This document shows, piece after piece, positions 1-11,948 of a DNA stretch of 64,000 nucleotides (positions are counted from its first letter, which is position 1; each line of letters opens with the position of its first letter). The notes under the pieces were generated by a model, which saw nothing but the letters and a program-made list of their open reading frames with translations, was not told the DNA's origin and made no database searches. The position numbers were made by a program, and so were the translations under genes. This DNA comes from Williopsis jadinii (lineage: Eukaryota). The DNA lies in contig AP024664.1 in assembly GCA_024346625.1 (NCBI GenBank), forward strand, positions 1,550,001 to 1,614,000, read 5' to 3'.

Positions 1-3000
1 GAATCTCTGACATTGCAGGAACATTAGGATACGAAGAAAATGGGTTCCAGCGGTTGACAAGGTTCCATAAGCCACTAAGCGAATCACCATATTTCATTGG
101 CGTACGATCATCAACGGACCCAACATCAACGGCGAACACAATTGAGACACCTCTCTTCTTCATCTCTTCCACAGGGAGATTATCAACGTATCCACCATCA
201 AGTAGCATGGAACCATCATGTGTCATAGGTGGAAGCAGCCCTGCGAGTGACATAGAAGCACGTATAAACCTCCACGCGAATCCTGATGTATGGATCTCCA
301 TACAAGAGTTTGTGATATTCGTGGAATTGCAGAAGTATGGAATCCAGAAATCTTCAATACGTGAATCGCCGAACGATTTCCAGATACCTCGGTTGAATTC
401 GTGCCCTGTGGTATAAGACGTTATTGGGATGGTTAGGTCACTCAACAATCTCCAAGAAGACCCAATACGACCAGCAAACTTCTTTGCTCTTCCATAAATA
501 GGTACCAAGTCGTAATCTTTCGCGTATAGCCCACCAATAAATGCACCAATAGAGGTACCACCAATGATGTCGATCGGTATACCGTTCTCTTGCAATGCTC
601 TTAAGACACCTAAATGACTGAATCCACGCGCACCACCACCCCCAAGTACAAGTCCAACCGCTTGACCAGAAAGCAATCTTGCCAATCTCATAAAATCGTT
701 CTTGTGTGGTAAAGAGGATGTGTAGAATTTCTTGTGATTCATGTTCATATACTTTGACGTGAACGTTTCCACAGTACTTCTAATATTATCGGCAAAGGTC
801 ATATGGTCATTATGTGTACCTACAGCCAAGTTCTTATGAGTCAACTGAATGTGGTGATGAGAATGAACCCAGATTCTACTCTTGAGCCATTTGGCTGTTA
901 ATCCAGGAGCAACAAACTTCTCTGGATGTAACAACACTAGCTCTGTGTGTGCCATGGTTCTTGTCTTGAGTAATAATCGCTCGTATTCTCCAACTGCAGG
1001 ATCAGAGAGAGCATCTGCGAGTAACAAGATACAATCACCTTGTTGGATACAAGTACTGGTCCAGCTTGAGTTCACTGAAGTGTCAGCGATATAAACAACA
1101 ATTTCATACCTTTCTTCCAAATCTGAAAAGAATCCAGACTGACGTAAGGTGGAAAGTTTATCGAATGCATATTTTCCCAAATAATTCAAAGTAGAAGATT
1201 GATCAAGTCCTATAACAGAGACACCAATATTCTTGAGTGACTGGATTAGTTTGGATGCAAATTCAGTCACAGGGATTCCTTGAGTCTTTGGTAATATGGT
1301 GATTGTCTTGTAATTTTTTTGCAACCCATTACCTTTAGAGTTCGTTGGAACATTGAGTCCACTCTGTGGGGCCTCTTCTTTAACTGTATGTGCAACAATT
1401 CTGGAGACTTTGATCATGATTGATGGGTTCTCCAAACATAATATCTCGAACAAAGTTCTTGGAATTCTAGCAGCTTCTGACTCTCTAACTGCAACAAACG
1501 TTGATGAACGTTTTGCTGCGGTAAGCACCTCAACTTCTCCAAAACTTTCACCTTTACTGTACTCCCTCATCATTGTAATCTCTTTCGTGAATGGATCTTC
1601 CTTTATAGACCTAAAACGCCCACTCAAGATGATGTAAATACCATTCGCAGAAGTACCCTGTTTGAACAAAGTTTCACCACCATCCAACTGTATCCATTCG
1701 AGTGCAGAGTCGAGTCTTGCAATCTTTGGGGTCAAGGAGAGAACCAGCGATCTTGCAACTGTTAAGTAGATCATGAAATACTTTTCGCATAATCTTTCGA
1801 CATCCTTATCTGAACAGAAACCCACAACAACCGGAGTGCGTGCTTTGACGGTAACAAACGATTTATAACCTATTAACGACCCCATGTACCCTGCAACACC
1901 ACCGGGTTTAACGTCATAGATAAAGTGTTCTTTACCTGTAACTTCATCTTTGTAAGACACATCTAAAATACCACTGACAACGTAATAGATACCAGTTGTT
2001 TTCAAGTTTTGTTGTATTAAAATTGTACCAGTGTCATACCTTTTAATTTCAATTATCTCTGAAAAGTCATTTTTAGCACTTTCGTAATCAACCTGTTCAT
2101 TTGAGTAATCATCGTTGACATTTGAACTGTTGATTGAAAAGGTTCGGGTCTTTGTTGAGTTGGAACCATTAGATATCGGTGTACTTTCACGAGTGGAAAA
2201 AGAATGAAATAATCCTATGTCAGCAATGCTTGGACTATTTATTGTACTGCTATTGCCTGTGAAGCTTTTCTTTGGCTTTAAGGATTCTTCTGTGATCCCT
2301 AAGAACTTGAAGATACCTTCAACCAAAGACCTGTAAAGCTTTGTATCATTTGTTTCATTATGGGATGAGAAGGATCTGTTCGCCTCTGTATCCTTCAATT
2401 GGTAGTATGATAATGGTCTCCTTGATAGAGGAACGTTTGACAACAAATCACCTGGGTTGAAAGAGTCCCTTGAATCTAACACAACGTGCTGTGATGCTGT
2501 TCTTGCAAGTAAAGGAGCTTTTATATGTGTACTTGATTCTCTTCCTGATGCGGATGAATTCTGTGATCTTCTGGAAGATGGTCGTTGGATGTCTTGTCTT
2601 CCCCTTTCAATCGTATCCTTATCCTCACTTGTTCTCTTCATAATGTCTTCGTAGAGATAAGGTTCCAAATCCAACTTTGAATTGCTATTGAGCTTCTTTT
2701 CAGTCTCAAACAATTCCATGGTCAATCCTAAATAGTTGTGGGCTGTTTGGAAGGTAACCCTGTATAACCTCGTCAATATCATTTGAACAATATGAGAAGA
2801 TGCCCTTGGATGTTTCCTCTTGAGCCTCTTAAAGGCATCGGCTGGAATAATCGCTACAGTTGAGTCTGATGTAGCCCTTGCTATAATTCGTGGTGTCTCA
2901 TCGTATAACACTGCCTCATTGTCTAGATTTAGTGGTGCAATGTCATCAACCTTTGTTGCGGGTATCCATGAATTGTCCAAAGACTTATGTCTAAAGGAAG

Positions 3001-3739
3001 GCGAGTTCAGACCCATTGAGTGAGCTTCATCATTTGTGAACAAAGTCAAGATATTCAACAAGGACGATAGTGGGTTACCCGTCTTGACCTCGTTTAACAA
3101 TTGGTATCTATGGTCGTTCAGTATGAGGGTTTCACCACCAAACTCCTCATCGTTGGAGATGGGGGCATCCTTCTTATCAACTTTGGTGAATATCTGAACA
3201 TTACCTTCAACAACTATAGCAAAGCCGAGATCATCGTCGAGATCAAACACCTCGTTCCTCTCCAATTTCTGAGTGCGCATGCTCCGTGTCAATTCGTTAA
3301 ATACCGGCTTCTCCAAGTATCCAAATATCTTTATCGCAATGAGAAATTCGTCCAAGTAGCTTCCAAACCTTCTCTTTTCATCCTTGTCGTGTGATGCTAT
3401 CAAAGTGTCCACTGGGTTCACCTCCCTCTTTTCTTCAACGGCTTTCGAATACCCTGTCAGCGCTCTATAGCGTATAAACAGCAACGCCAGTACAAAACAC
3501 ACGCCAAGTGTGATCAGTATCGATGAGAGTCGAAGCGTGAAGCTGAACCGCGTCTGTAGCAGCTTGATCAGTAAATTGGGAACGAGCAGAACCACTCTAT
3601 GGAGTAACCGCCACGACAGCCTCCAGACTCCCTTGAACAAATCTACCGCTGAGTGTGGAGTCTTGGATAATGCAACAGTACTATCAACACCGTCATCTTT
3701 GATCCCTTCCAACCGTATCGGCAATGAGTCCATGTCCAT
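1..3739 (-). CDS. NTE1: Lysophospholipase/neuropathy target esterase (cNMP-binding domains + patatin); 3' end runs off the window
   Basis: Not in ORF track (no stop in window). ATG at 3739 reads MDMDSLPIR..., then a TM segment ending RYRALTGYS. In-frame patatin motifs LVLGGGGARG, GGTSIG (~545-562) and DGGY lie near the left end. Confidence 0.92.
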   Translation of the reverse strand, partial: MDMDSLPIRLEGIKDDGVDSTVALSKTPHSAVDLFKGVWRLSWRLLHRVVLLVPNLLIKLLQTRFSFTLRLSSILITLGVCFVLALLFIRYRALTGYSKAVEEKREVNPVDTLIASHDKDEKRRFGSYLDEFLIAIKIFGYLEKPVFNELTRSMRTQKLERNEVFDLDDDLGFAIVVEGNVQIFTKVDKKDAPISNDEEFGGETLILNDHRYQLLNEVKTGNPLSSLLNILTLFTNDEAHSMGLNSPSFRHKSLDNSWIPATKVDDIAPLNLDNEAVLYDETPRIIARATSDSTVAIIPADAFKRLKRKHPRASSHIVQMILTRLYRVTFQTAHNYLGLTMELFETEKKLNSNSKLDLEPYLYEDIMKRTSEDKDTIERGRQDIQRPSSRRSQNSSASGRESSTHIKAPLLARTASQHVVLDSRDSFNPGDLLSNVPLSRRPLSYYQLKDTEANRSFSSHNETNDTKLYRSLVEGIFKFLGITEESLKPKKSFTGNSSTINSPSIADIGLFHSFSTRESTPISNGSNSTKTRTFSINSSNVNDDYSNEQVDYESAKNDFSEIIEIKRYDTGTILIQQNLKTTGIYYVVSGILDVSYKDEVTGKEHFIYDVKPGGVAGYMGSLIGYKSFVTVKARTPVVVGFCSDKDVERLCEKYFMIYLTVARSLVLSLTPKIARLDSALEWIQLDGGETLFKQGTSANGIYIILSGRFRSIKEDPFTKEITMMREYSKGESFGEVEVLTAAKRSSTFVAVRESEAARIPRTLFEILCLENPSIMIKVSRIVAHTVKEEAPQSGLNVPTNSKGNGLQKNYKTITILPKTQGIPVTEFASKLIQSLKNIGVSVIGLDQSSTLNYLGKYAFDKLSTLRQSGFFSDLEERYEIVVYIADTSVNSSWTSTCIQQGDCILLLADALSDPAVGEYERLLLKTRTMAHTELVLLHPEKFVAPGLTAKWLKSRIWVHSHHHIQLTHKNLAVGTHNDHMTFADNIRSTVETFTSKYMNMNHKKFYTSSLPHKNDFMRLARLLSGQAVGLVLGGGGARGFSHLGVLRALQENGIPIDIIGGTSIGAFIGGLYAKDYDLVPIYGRAKKFAGRIGSSWRLLSDLTIPITSYTTGHEFNRGIWKSFGDSRIEDFWIPYFCNSTNITNSCMEIHTSGFAWRFIRASMSLAGLLPPMTHDGSMLLDGGYVDNLPVEEMKKRGVSIVFAVDVGSVDDRTPMKYGDSLSGLWNLVNRWNPFSSYPNVPAMSEI

Positions 3740-4250
3740 TTCTATAGGCAGTGGCTGTGAAACACGTCTAAAGCTTCCGCAGTGGTATGCAAAGATCACA
3801 ACAATTGACCCTTTACTTTTGCACTGGATGTAGAGTTAGCACAGCTTGCTGTGTTTGGAAGAGGGAAAAATGGCAATCTGTACGCAAAAAAGTGCCAGAA
3901 AATTCCACAGTGCAGTTATGTACATCCCGCCTCCCTCAGGAAAAATAAGCTGGCATCGCCTAAATTTTAATATGGCACAGGGGGAGGTGAGCCAATTACT
4001 GAGGGCCCACGTTCCATTATCGCGTGAACGGTGGTTGGGCAATACACTTTGGTTATCTCAGGGGCTTTGCCCAGTTTGTTTACATTTCAATTGTCTCCAT
4101 GCAAGACACGTTGTTTAGTTTATGGATTATAGCACTTCTTTGCATTGAAAAATTGAGATCCTTATATTAGAAACTATCGAGGTTCTCAAATATGTCTGGT
4201 GATGTGTGATATGTATGTACCCGCAATGGGGTTGTCTTGTGTTGTTTTAA

Positions 4251-5159
4251 TCAATAGATCTTCTTCTTCTCATCGATGGACAACTCGCCTGCACCGGTAT
4301 TGACAACCAACAGCAATCCACCAATGATGGATAACGTCTGGAAGAATTCGTATCTGAGGAAGTCTCTCTTGGAATCGGACGTTGCAGACCAGTAAGGGTT
4401 TTGAGTAAAGTTGTAGAAAGTCAAGATGGTGATGAGGATGACGGAGGCGAACTTTGTCTTGTACCCTGCAGCGATAGAGACAATCCCGATGAAGGTGATT
4501 ATCGTTGTTGGCCAGCTCTTGGTTGCTGCGAAGGAGAAGAACATAAACACCAACATGACTCTTCCCGCTAATAGGACATATCCCTTGTAAGCGTTGTTGG
4601 AGTGAATATCTGGCAATCCGGCAAATCTCATTTTCTCCTTGACAAGAGTATCACTGAGAGCGATCAACAACCCACCAACGAGGGAGACATTTCTCAAAAT
4701 GAAGTTTGGCGCAATGAACAGGCCATACATGAGTCCCTGGACAAGGACGATGGCTATCAACGCCGCGGAAGCATAGAGTTGGTGTTTCTTCAAAACGATC
4801 AGTGTCGAAGCGGCCAACATGGTCACAACACAAAGCACCAAGAGAACAATCACAAGGTAGTAAGGGATGTGTCTATAGTTCCAAAGGTAAAACACCTGAT
4901 CGGACCATTGTGACAAGATTCTTATGGAATCCTCGAAAAACGTTGCAACGATTAAAAACCCTCCGATCTGTGGAATATACGGTTGAACTATTTTCAACAC
5001 CGGGTGATCCAAAGCTTCCTCCACTTTTCCAGACAATTGCTCGAACTGTTGTTTCCAGTTCTTCTTCGGCTGCTGTTGCTGTTGACCAAACTGTGTCTGC
5101 GGTGGATTGAACTGGTTTGAAGTTGGGATCTGGTTGAATTTGGTTCCTCTGAATGACAT
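4251..5159 (-). CDS. ERV29: COPII cargo receptor, SURF4 family
   Basis: ATFFEDSIRI..QWSDQ motif, multiple TM segments, C-terminal GAGELSIDEKKKIY di-lysine signal; near YOR1 as in S. cerevisiae chr VII. Confidence 0.95.
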   Translation of the reverse strand: MSFRGTKFNQIPTSNQFNPPQTQFGQQQQQPKKNWKQQFEQLSGKVEEALDHPVLKIVQPYIPQIGGFLIVATFFEDSIRILSQWSDQVFYLWNYRHIPYYLVIVLLVLCVVTMLAASTLIVLKKHQLYASAALIAIVLVQGLMYGLFIAPNFILRNVSLVGGLLIALSDTLVKEKMRFAGLPDIHSNNAYKGYVLLAGRVMLVFMFFSFAATKSWPTTIITFIGIVSIAAGYKTKFASVILITILTFYNFTQNPYWSATSDSKRDFLRYEFFQTLSIIGGLLLVVNTGAGELSIDEKKKIY

Positions 5160-5568
5160 CTTGGGGTCGTCTATATGTATGTCTGATAGTGTTTTCTTCT
5201 TTATCTTTGTCTTTTCTTCCCTTCAGCAGATCATTCAAGTACACTGTCCCAATGCGATGAACGAGTCCGATCTCCAGTGGTTATTAACAGGTTGACGAAG
5301 AGACGTTGTCAGAGGGGCCGCTGAAATGAGGTTGCAGTTTGTGCTACGTGGTTTTTCAGAAACATAAAACGTCTCGAACTGGCGTTGTTGTTCTCTTCTG
5401 TGGTCGCGCGAAATCCCACACAAACGAAAAACCCTTTGAGAAGGGCAGCGTAGGGGGGGGGCCCCTTTTAGGTGGGAAAATCACCACAATGGGGCAAATA
5501 CACAACAGGCGCCTTGGGGTTACCCGGAGGAGAGGGTGTATGTGTTTTCGTTCTGCACCTCTTGTTGA

Positions 5569-5578
5569 GTCACGTGAT
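5569..5578. promoter_or_regulatory. Cbf1-type E-box (GTCACGTGAT) in the divergent ERV29/YOR1 promoter
   Basis: Exact TCACGTGA; a second CACGTGAC near 6204 and TGAGTCA near 5645. Function inferred only. Confidence 0.35.
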
Positions 5579-6568
5579 TCCCAGGTGTACCTGGTGGAAA
5601 GCTCCCGTCTAGGCTGTCAGCCATGGGCTATCCACTGTCAGTCGTGAGTCATCCGCTATCAATCACCTGTCACTAACCAGCACAAACCATGATATCCCCC
5701 TAGCGTCTACCCGTTCAAGAGTAGACCGCACATTCGACTATACGATCATTGACGCTCGTAGGCGCTGAGTCCAGCTGGATCTCAAAGGCTGTCTCCATAC
5801 CTAAAACAACTCTTATCCAGCTTTCCAGACTGTTCTAATATCCATGGCCACCAGCACAACACCAACACACACGGTTAAATAATTGCACCTCGTCCAATTG
5901 ACTTCTAGTTCAGCGTCTATAATATAATACCCAACCACTCGGTGTTCACTACCCTATTTGGATCGGTTCGGCCTCGGAGCACACGTTCTCGCGGTGGGCT
6001 TTTGTCACAAAAAACACACTGCGAGAATCTTAGCGTCCCAACAAGGCTGCTATGACTGTTTGTGGCGGCACTTAACGCACATAAGCTAAATTTGATAGGA
6101 AACGCTTGGTCTGTTTTGTTGTTTTTGCCCTTGCTCGAATAGATCACATCATCACATCACAATCGGAATTAATCAGAAGAGCGCCATGAGTAACCCGATG
6201 CTCCACGTGACTACTTTACGCACACAGTGTTTCTCAGTACTCCAACACCATATTTAGTCGAGCATCTCACTCGTTATCCCATCTTTGTGATAACAATGTA
6301 GGGAGAAATGGGACGTTTCATGGGAGGAGAGGGGCGCAAGAGTCATCCCGGCCATAATTCCTAAATGAGTGGCCGCTTATGTCCTTCGCTGCGATCTACG
6401 CCTCTAAACGTCCGCGCATACAAATAGGGCACTCTTCGCCCTGCTGAAAGATTTCAGGACGGGCTTGAGGGCGTTGAAAAACTTCACCAAACTTCGTTTC
6501 AGCACCATAGCCTTGCTCTTCCTCGTCAATACACAGTCACCTACACTCTGATCAGTCGATAAAGCGAG

Positions 6569-9500
6569 ATGACATCCCCTGGTTCGGAGAAGTGTACGCC
6601 GAGGTCGGACGAAGACCTGGAGAGGTCTGAACCACAACTCCAGAGAAGATTGCTGACGCCCTTCTTACTGTCGAAGAAGGTGCCTCCAATCCCTAAAGAA
6701 GATGAGCGGAAACCGTACCCGTATCTGAAGACCAATCCTCTCTCACAGATCCTATTTTGGTGGTTGAACCCGCTGCTTCGTGTTGGTTATAAGAGAACTT
6801 TGGACCCTAACGATTTCTACTACCTCGAACACTCGCAAGATATCGAGACTACATATTCCAACTATGAGATGCACTTGGCAAGGATATTGGAAAAAGATCG
6901 TGCAAAGGCCCGGGCAAAGGACCCTACATTGACAGATGAAGATCTGAGGAATAGGGAATACCCCAAAAACGCAGTGATAAAGGCACTGTTTTTGACGTTC
7001 AAGTGGAAGTATCTATGGTCAATTTTCTTGAAGCTGCTATCGGATATCGTCCTGGTGTTGAATCCACTGTTGTCCAAGGCACTGATCAACTTTGTCGATG
7101 AGAAGATGTACAACCCAGACATGTCAGTAGGACGTGGTGTTGGTTATGCCATTGGTGTCACATTTATGCTTGGAACGTCGGGTATACTCATAAACCATTT
7201 CCTGTACCTGTCTTTGACTGTTGGTGCTCATTGCAAAGCTGTCCTGACAACGGCGATTATGAATAAATCCTTCAGGGCCAGTGCGAAATCGAAGCATGAA
7301 TATCCAAGTGGAAGAGTGACGTCGCTGATGTCGACCGACTTGGCAAGAATAGATTTGGCTATTGGGTTCCAGCCGTTCGCTATAACGGTGCCTGTGCCGA
7401 TAGGTGTTGCTATTGCCCTGTTGATCGTTAACATTGGTGTCTCAGCATTAGCGGGCATAGCTGTGTTCCTCGTGTGTATTGTCGTTATCAGTGCTAGTTC
7501 GAAATCTCTGCTGAAGATGAGAAAGGGCGCAAACCAGTATACAGATGCAAGAATCTCGTATATGCGTGAAATCTTGCAAAATATGAGGATCATCAAGTTT
7601 TATTCATGGGAAGATGCATATGAGAAATCTGTTGTTACTGAGAGAAATAGCGAAATGAGCATCATTCTCAAGATGCAATCTATCAGAAATTTCTTGTTGG
7701 CCCTCTCCCTCTCTTTACCTGCGATCATCTCCATGGTGGCCTTCCTGGTTCTTTATGGTGTTTCCAATGATAAAAACCCAGGTAACATCTTTTCATCCAT
7801 CTCTCTGTTCAGTGTCCTTGCACAGCAGACGATGATGCTTCCAATGGCCCTTGCTACAGGTGCCGATGCAAAAATTGGATTGGAGAGACTCCGTCAGTAC
7901 TTACAATCTGGTGATATAGAGAAGGAATATGAAGACCATGAAAAGCCTGGAGATAGAGACGTGGTATTGCCAGATAACGTTGCAGTGGAATTGAATAATG
8001 CATCCTTTATCTGGGAAAAGTTTGATGATGCTGACGACAATGATGGAAATTCTGAAAAGACTAAAGAGGTTGTCGTTACCTCAAAGTCATCTTTGACAGA
8101 CTCTTCACATATTGACAAGTCCACTGATTCCGCAGATGGTGAGTATATTAAATCTGTGTTTGAAGGGTTCAACAACATCAATCTCACCATCAAAAAGGGA
8201 GAGTTTGTCATAATCACTGGGCCAATCGGTTCAGGAAAGTCCTCTCTACTTGTAGCCCTTGCAGGATTCATGAAGAAAACCTCTGGTACATTGGGTGTTA
8301 ATGGAACAATGCTTCTCTGTGGCCAACCGTGGGTTCAAAATTGTACAGTGAGGGACAACATTCTTTTTGGACTAGAATACGATGAAGCTCGTTATGATCG
8401 GGTTGTTGAGGTATGTGCCCTCGGTGATGACTTGAAGATGTTCACTGCTGGTGATCAAACCGAAATTGGTGAGCGTGGAATCACACTTTCTGGTGGTCAA
8501 AAGGCAAGAATCAATTTAGCTAGAGCTGTGTATGCCAACAAGGATATCATCTTACTAGATGATGTTCTTAGTGCAGTTGATGCCCGTGTCGGCAAGCTTA
8601 TTGTTGATGACTGTCTCACATCATTCCTTGGTGATAAAACCAGAATTCTTGCTACGCATCAGTTGAGTCTTATTGAAGCTGCAGATCGTGTCATTTATCT
8701 CAATGGAGACGGCACTATTCATATTGGTACAGTTCAAGAGCTGCTTGAATCAAATGAAGGATTTCTCAAATTGATGGAGTTTTCGAGAAAATCTGAATCG
8801 GAAGAAGAGGAAGACGTTGAAGCTGCTAACGAGAAAGACGTATCCCTTCAGAAGGCTGTAAGTGTGGTACAAGAGCAGGATGCACATGCCGGTGTGTTGA
8901 TTGGTCAGGAAGAAAGAGCTGTCAATGGTATTGAGTGGGATATCTACAAAGAATACCTTCATGAGGGTCGTGGTAAGTTGGGAATTTTCGCTATTCCAAC
9001 CATTATAATGCTTCTTGTTCTGGATGTGTTCACTTCAATCTTTGTCAATGTTTGGCTTTCTTTCTGGATTAGCCATAAGTTTAAGGCTCGTTCAGATGGG
9101 TTCTACATTGGTCTTTACGTGATGTTCGTCATCCTCAGTGTCATATGGATCACTGCTGAATTCGTTGTTATGGGTTATTTCTCCTCCACTGCTGCAAGAA
9201 GACTAAATCTTAAAGCCATGAAGCGTGTCCTGCATACCCCTATGCACTTCCTCGATGTCACACCAATGGGTCGTATTTTGAATAGATTCACAAAGGATAC
9301 CGATGTGTTGGACAATGAAATTGGTGAGCAAGCTAGAATGTTCCTCCATCCAGCTGCATATGTCATTGGTGTTTTGATTCTGTGTATCATATATATTCCT
9401 TGGTTTGCCATTGCAATTCCTCCGTTGGCAATACTGTTCACATTCATCACAAACTTTTACATTGCATCATCCCGTGAGGTTAAACGTATTGAAGCAATTC

Positions 9501-10714
9501 AAAGATCATTGGTTTACAATAACTTCAACGAGGTGCTGAACGGTTTACAGACGTTGAAAGCATACAACGCAACAAGCAGATTTATGGAGAAAAACAAGAG
9601 ATTGCTTAACCGTATGAACGAAGCTTACCTTCTTGTTATTGCCAACCAGAGATGGATCTCTGTCAACTTGGATCTCGTGTCTTGTTGTTTTGTTTTCCTC
9701 ATCTCGATGTTATCTGTCTTTAGAGTTTTCGATATCAACGCATCTTCAGTTGGTTTGGTTGTTACTAGTGTTTTGCAAATTGGTGGTCTAATGTCGCTAA
9801 TTATGAGGGCTTACACCACTGTTGAGAACGAAATGAACTCTGTGGAGAGATTGTGCCATTATGCCAACAAGCTAGAACAAGAAGCACCATATATTATGAA
9901 TGAGACCAAACCTAGACCAACCTGGCCAGAACATGGTGCGATTGAATTCAAACATGCTTCCATGAGATATAGAGAGGGGCTACCACTAGTTCTCAAAGAT
10001 TTGACCATTTCTGTTAAAGGTGGTGAAAAGATCGGTATCTGTGGTAGAACTGGTGCTGGTAAGTCCACCATTATGAATGCATTGTACCGTTTAACGGAAC
10101 TTGCAGAAGGATCTATCACTATAGATGGTGTTGAAATTTCTCAGCTTGGTCTTTACGATCTCAGATCAAAGCTGGCGATTATTCCACAAGATCCTGTGTT
10201 GTTTAGAGGAACTATAAGAAAGAATTTGGATCCATTTGGACAAAACGATGATGAAACGCTGTGGGACGCACTAAGAAGATCTGGCTTGGTTGAAGGTTCC
10301 ATTCTCAACACCATCAAATCACAAAGCAAAGATGATCCGAATTTCCACAAGTTCCACCTGGACCAAACAGTTGAAGATGAAGGTGCAAACTTTTCTCTCG
10401 GAGAACGTCAGCTCATCGCCCTTGCGCGTGCTCTGGTGCGTAACTCCAAGATTCTCATCTTGGACGAGGCAACTTCAAGTGTGGATTATGAAACTGATTC
10501 CAAGATCCAGAAAACCATTTCAACGGAGTTCTCTCACTGCACAATCTTGTGTATTGCACATAGATTGAAAACGATCCTAACCTATGACCGTATCCTGGTG
10601 TTGGAGAAAGGTGAAGTTGAAGAGTTCGATACACCAAGAGTATTGTACTCGAAGAACGGTGTATTCAGACAAATGTGCGAACGCTCTGAAATCACCAGTG
10701 CTGATTTCGTATGA
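6569..10714 (+). CDS. YOR1: ABCC/MRP-type ABC exporter, Yor1-like (TMD-NBD-TMD-NBD, no TMD0)
   Basis: 1381 aa; Walker A GPIGSGKS and GRTGAGKS, signatures LSGGQ and FSLGERQ, Walker B LLDD and LDEATS; Yor1-like N-terminus 'LLTPFLLSKKVPPIP..DERKPYP'. Confidence 0.9.
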   Translation: MTSPGSEKCTPRSDEDLERSEPQLQRRLLTPFLLSKKVPPIPKEDERKPYPYLKTNPLSQILFWWLNPLLRVGYKRTLDPNDFYYLEHSQDIETTYSNYEMHLARILEKDRAKARAKDPTLTDEDLRNREYPKNAVIKALFLTFKWKYLWSIFLKLLSDIVLVLNPLLSKALINFVDEKMYNPDMSVGRGVGYAIGVTFMLGTSGILINHFLYLSLTVGAHCKAVLTTAIMNKSFRASAKSKHEYPSGRVTSLMSTDLARIDLAIGFQPFAITVPVPIGVAIALLIVNIGVSALAGIAVFLVCIVVISASSKSLLKMRKGANQYTDARISYMREILQNMRIIKFYSWEDAYEKSVVTERNSEMSIILKMQSIRNFLLALSLSLPAIISMVAFLVLYGVSNDKNPGNIFSSISLFSVLAQQTMMLPMALATGADAKIGLERLRQYLQSGDIEKEYEDHEKPGDRDVVLPDNVAVELNNASFIWEKFDDADDNDGNSEKTKEVVVTSKSSLTDSSHIDKSTDSADGEYIKSVFEGFNNINLTIKKGEFVIITGPIGSGKSSLLVALAGFMKKTSGTLGVNGTMLLCGQPWVQNCTVRDNILFGLEYDEARYDRVVEVCALGDDLKMFTAGDQTEIGERGITLSGGQKARINLARAVYANKDIILLDDVLSAVDARVGKLIVDDCLTSFLGDKTRILATHQLSLIEAADRVIYLNGDGTIHIGTVQELLESNEGFLKLMEFSRKSESEEEEDVEAANEKDVSLQKAVSVVQEQDAHAGVLIGQEERAVNGIEWDIYKEYLHEGRGKLGIFAIPTIIMLLVLDVFTSIFVNVWLSFWISHKFKARSDGFYIGLYVMFVILSVIWITAEFVVMGYFSSTAARRLNLKAMKRVLHTPMHFLDVTPMGRILNRFTKDTDVLDNEIGEQARMFLHPAAYVIGVLILCIIYIPWFAIAIPPLAILFTFITNFYIASSREVKRIEAIQRSLVYNNFNEVLNGLQTLKAYNATSRFMEKNKRLLNRMNEAYLLVIANQRWISVNLDLVSCCFVFLISMLSVFRVFDINASSVGLVVTSVLQIGGLMSLIMRAYTTVENEMNSVERLCHYANKLEQEAPYIMNETKPRPTWPEHGAIEFKHASMRYREGLPLVLKDLTISVKGGEKIGICGRTGAGKSTIMNALYRLTELAEGSITIDGVEISQLGLYDLRSKLAIIPQDPVLFRGTIRKNLDPFGQNDDETLWDALRRSGLVEGSILNTIKSQSKDDPNFHKFHLDQTVEDEGANFSLGERQLIALARALVRNSKILILDEATSSVDYETDSKIQKTISTEFSHCTILCIAHRLKTILTYDRILVLEKGEVEEFDTPRVLYSKNGVFRQMCERSEITSADFV

Positions 10715-10938
10715 TAAACCTAATTAATTACGTCCCATTTAATCTGAATGTTAATGTCACCATCGTTGTTATACCTGTTGTAGTATATTGTGATGTGTTA
10801 ACTATGTGTGTCCGGGTGTGTTACGGTTAAAAAACAAAAGAAAAAAGGAAGAAAGTAACCTCAGTGATATGCCCACACATTTTACGCCATACCTGAACAT
10901 CCATCCTTTGCCCCTTTGCACTATCCATATCGCTAGCT

Positions 10939-11670
10939 ATGTTCCTCTCAAGATTCACAACAAAGTCGCTAAGACCGTCATCGCTTGCCAATCGTCAGAT
11001 TCTCTCTTTGAGGTCTCTTTTCATCCAGACTGAAGACACACCTAACGATCACGCACTCAAGTTTCTTCCGTCACAGACGATTCTTCCAGAAGGCGATACT
11101 ATAGAGTACACCAGTGGACGCGAAGCTGCTGCCAGTCCCCTTGCAAGAAAGTTGTTTGCAGTTGATGGGGTTAAAACTGTGATGTTTGGTGGTAACTTCA
11201 TCACCGTTGAGAAGAGACCAAACTATAACTGGATGTTGATCAAGCCAGAAGTGTTTTCCATTTTGACCGAATCTTTGACCAGTGGCGAGCCACTTTTCGA
11301 TCAGAGCGAATTACCCAAGGACACTGCATATGATGAAGATGATGATGACGTTGTGAGTATGATCAAAGAGCTGATCTTCACCAGAATAAGACCAGCTATT
11401 CAAGAAGACGGCGGTGACATTGAATTTGTCAAGTACGAAGAAGATAGCGGTACTGTGTGGCTCAAGCTCATGGGTGCGTGTCGTAGTTGTGACTCTTCAT
11501 CTGTCACTTTGAAGAACGGTATCGAATCTATGTTGAAGCATTACATCGAGGAAGTCGAGGAGGTGAAGCAAATTGAGGAAGAGAATGAAAAGGATCCGCT
11601 CGAAGCAATAAAGCTTGCCAAAGAACAACAGCAGCAACAGCAGGATCTCCCACCCCCACCATCGATCTAA
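10939..11670 (+). CDS. NFU1: Mitochondrial NifU-like Fe-S cluster carrier
   Basis: Basic presequence, FIQTEDTPN..ALKF, RIRPAIQEDGGDI, GACRSC (CxxC). Confidence 0.95.
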   Translation: MFLSRFTTKSLRPSSLANRQILSLRSLFIQTEDTPNDHALKFLPSQTILPEGDTIEYTSGREAAASPLARKLFAVDGVKTVMFGGNFITVEKRPNYNWMLIKPEVFSILTESLTSGEPLFDQSELPKDTAYDEDDDDVVSMIKELIFTRIRPAIQEDGGDIEFVKYEEDSGTVWLKLMGACRSCDSSSVTLKNGIESMLKHYIEEVEEVKQIEEENEKDPLEAIKLAKEQQQQQQDLPPPPSI

Positions 11671-11948
11671 TGACGTGAATGAATCTCTAAAACACATTTT
11701 ATTTATATAGTCCAATATACATCATGTACAGGTTTTCTACAAGTGTGAAGTGAATGAAGAACAAAAAAGCATCAACGAATTAAAATCAAACATGCATCCT
11801 CCCATTAATGGTATATAAGCCTTCCTCTATGAACTTCTCTCAGAGAAGCTGACCAGGATCCAGCATCCATTACTCTATGTACATTTTCCCCATTTATGGG
11901 TGTATTTTGCTCATCTTGATTTAAACCAAGCCTCTTCGACAAAAGAGA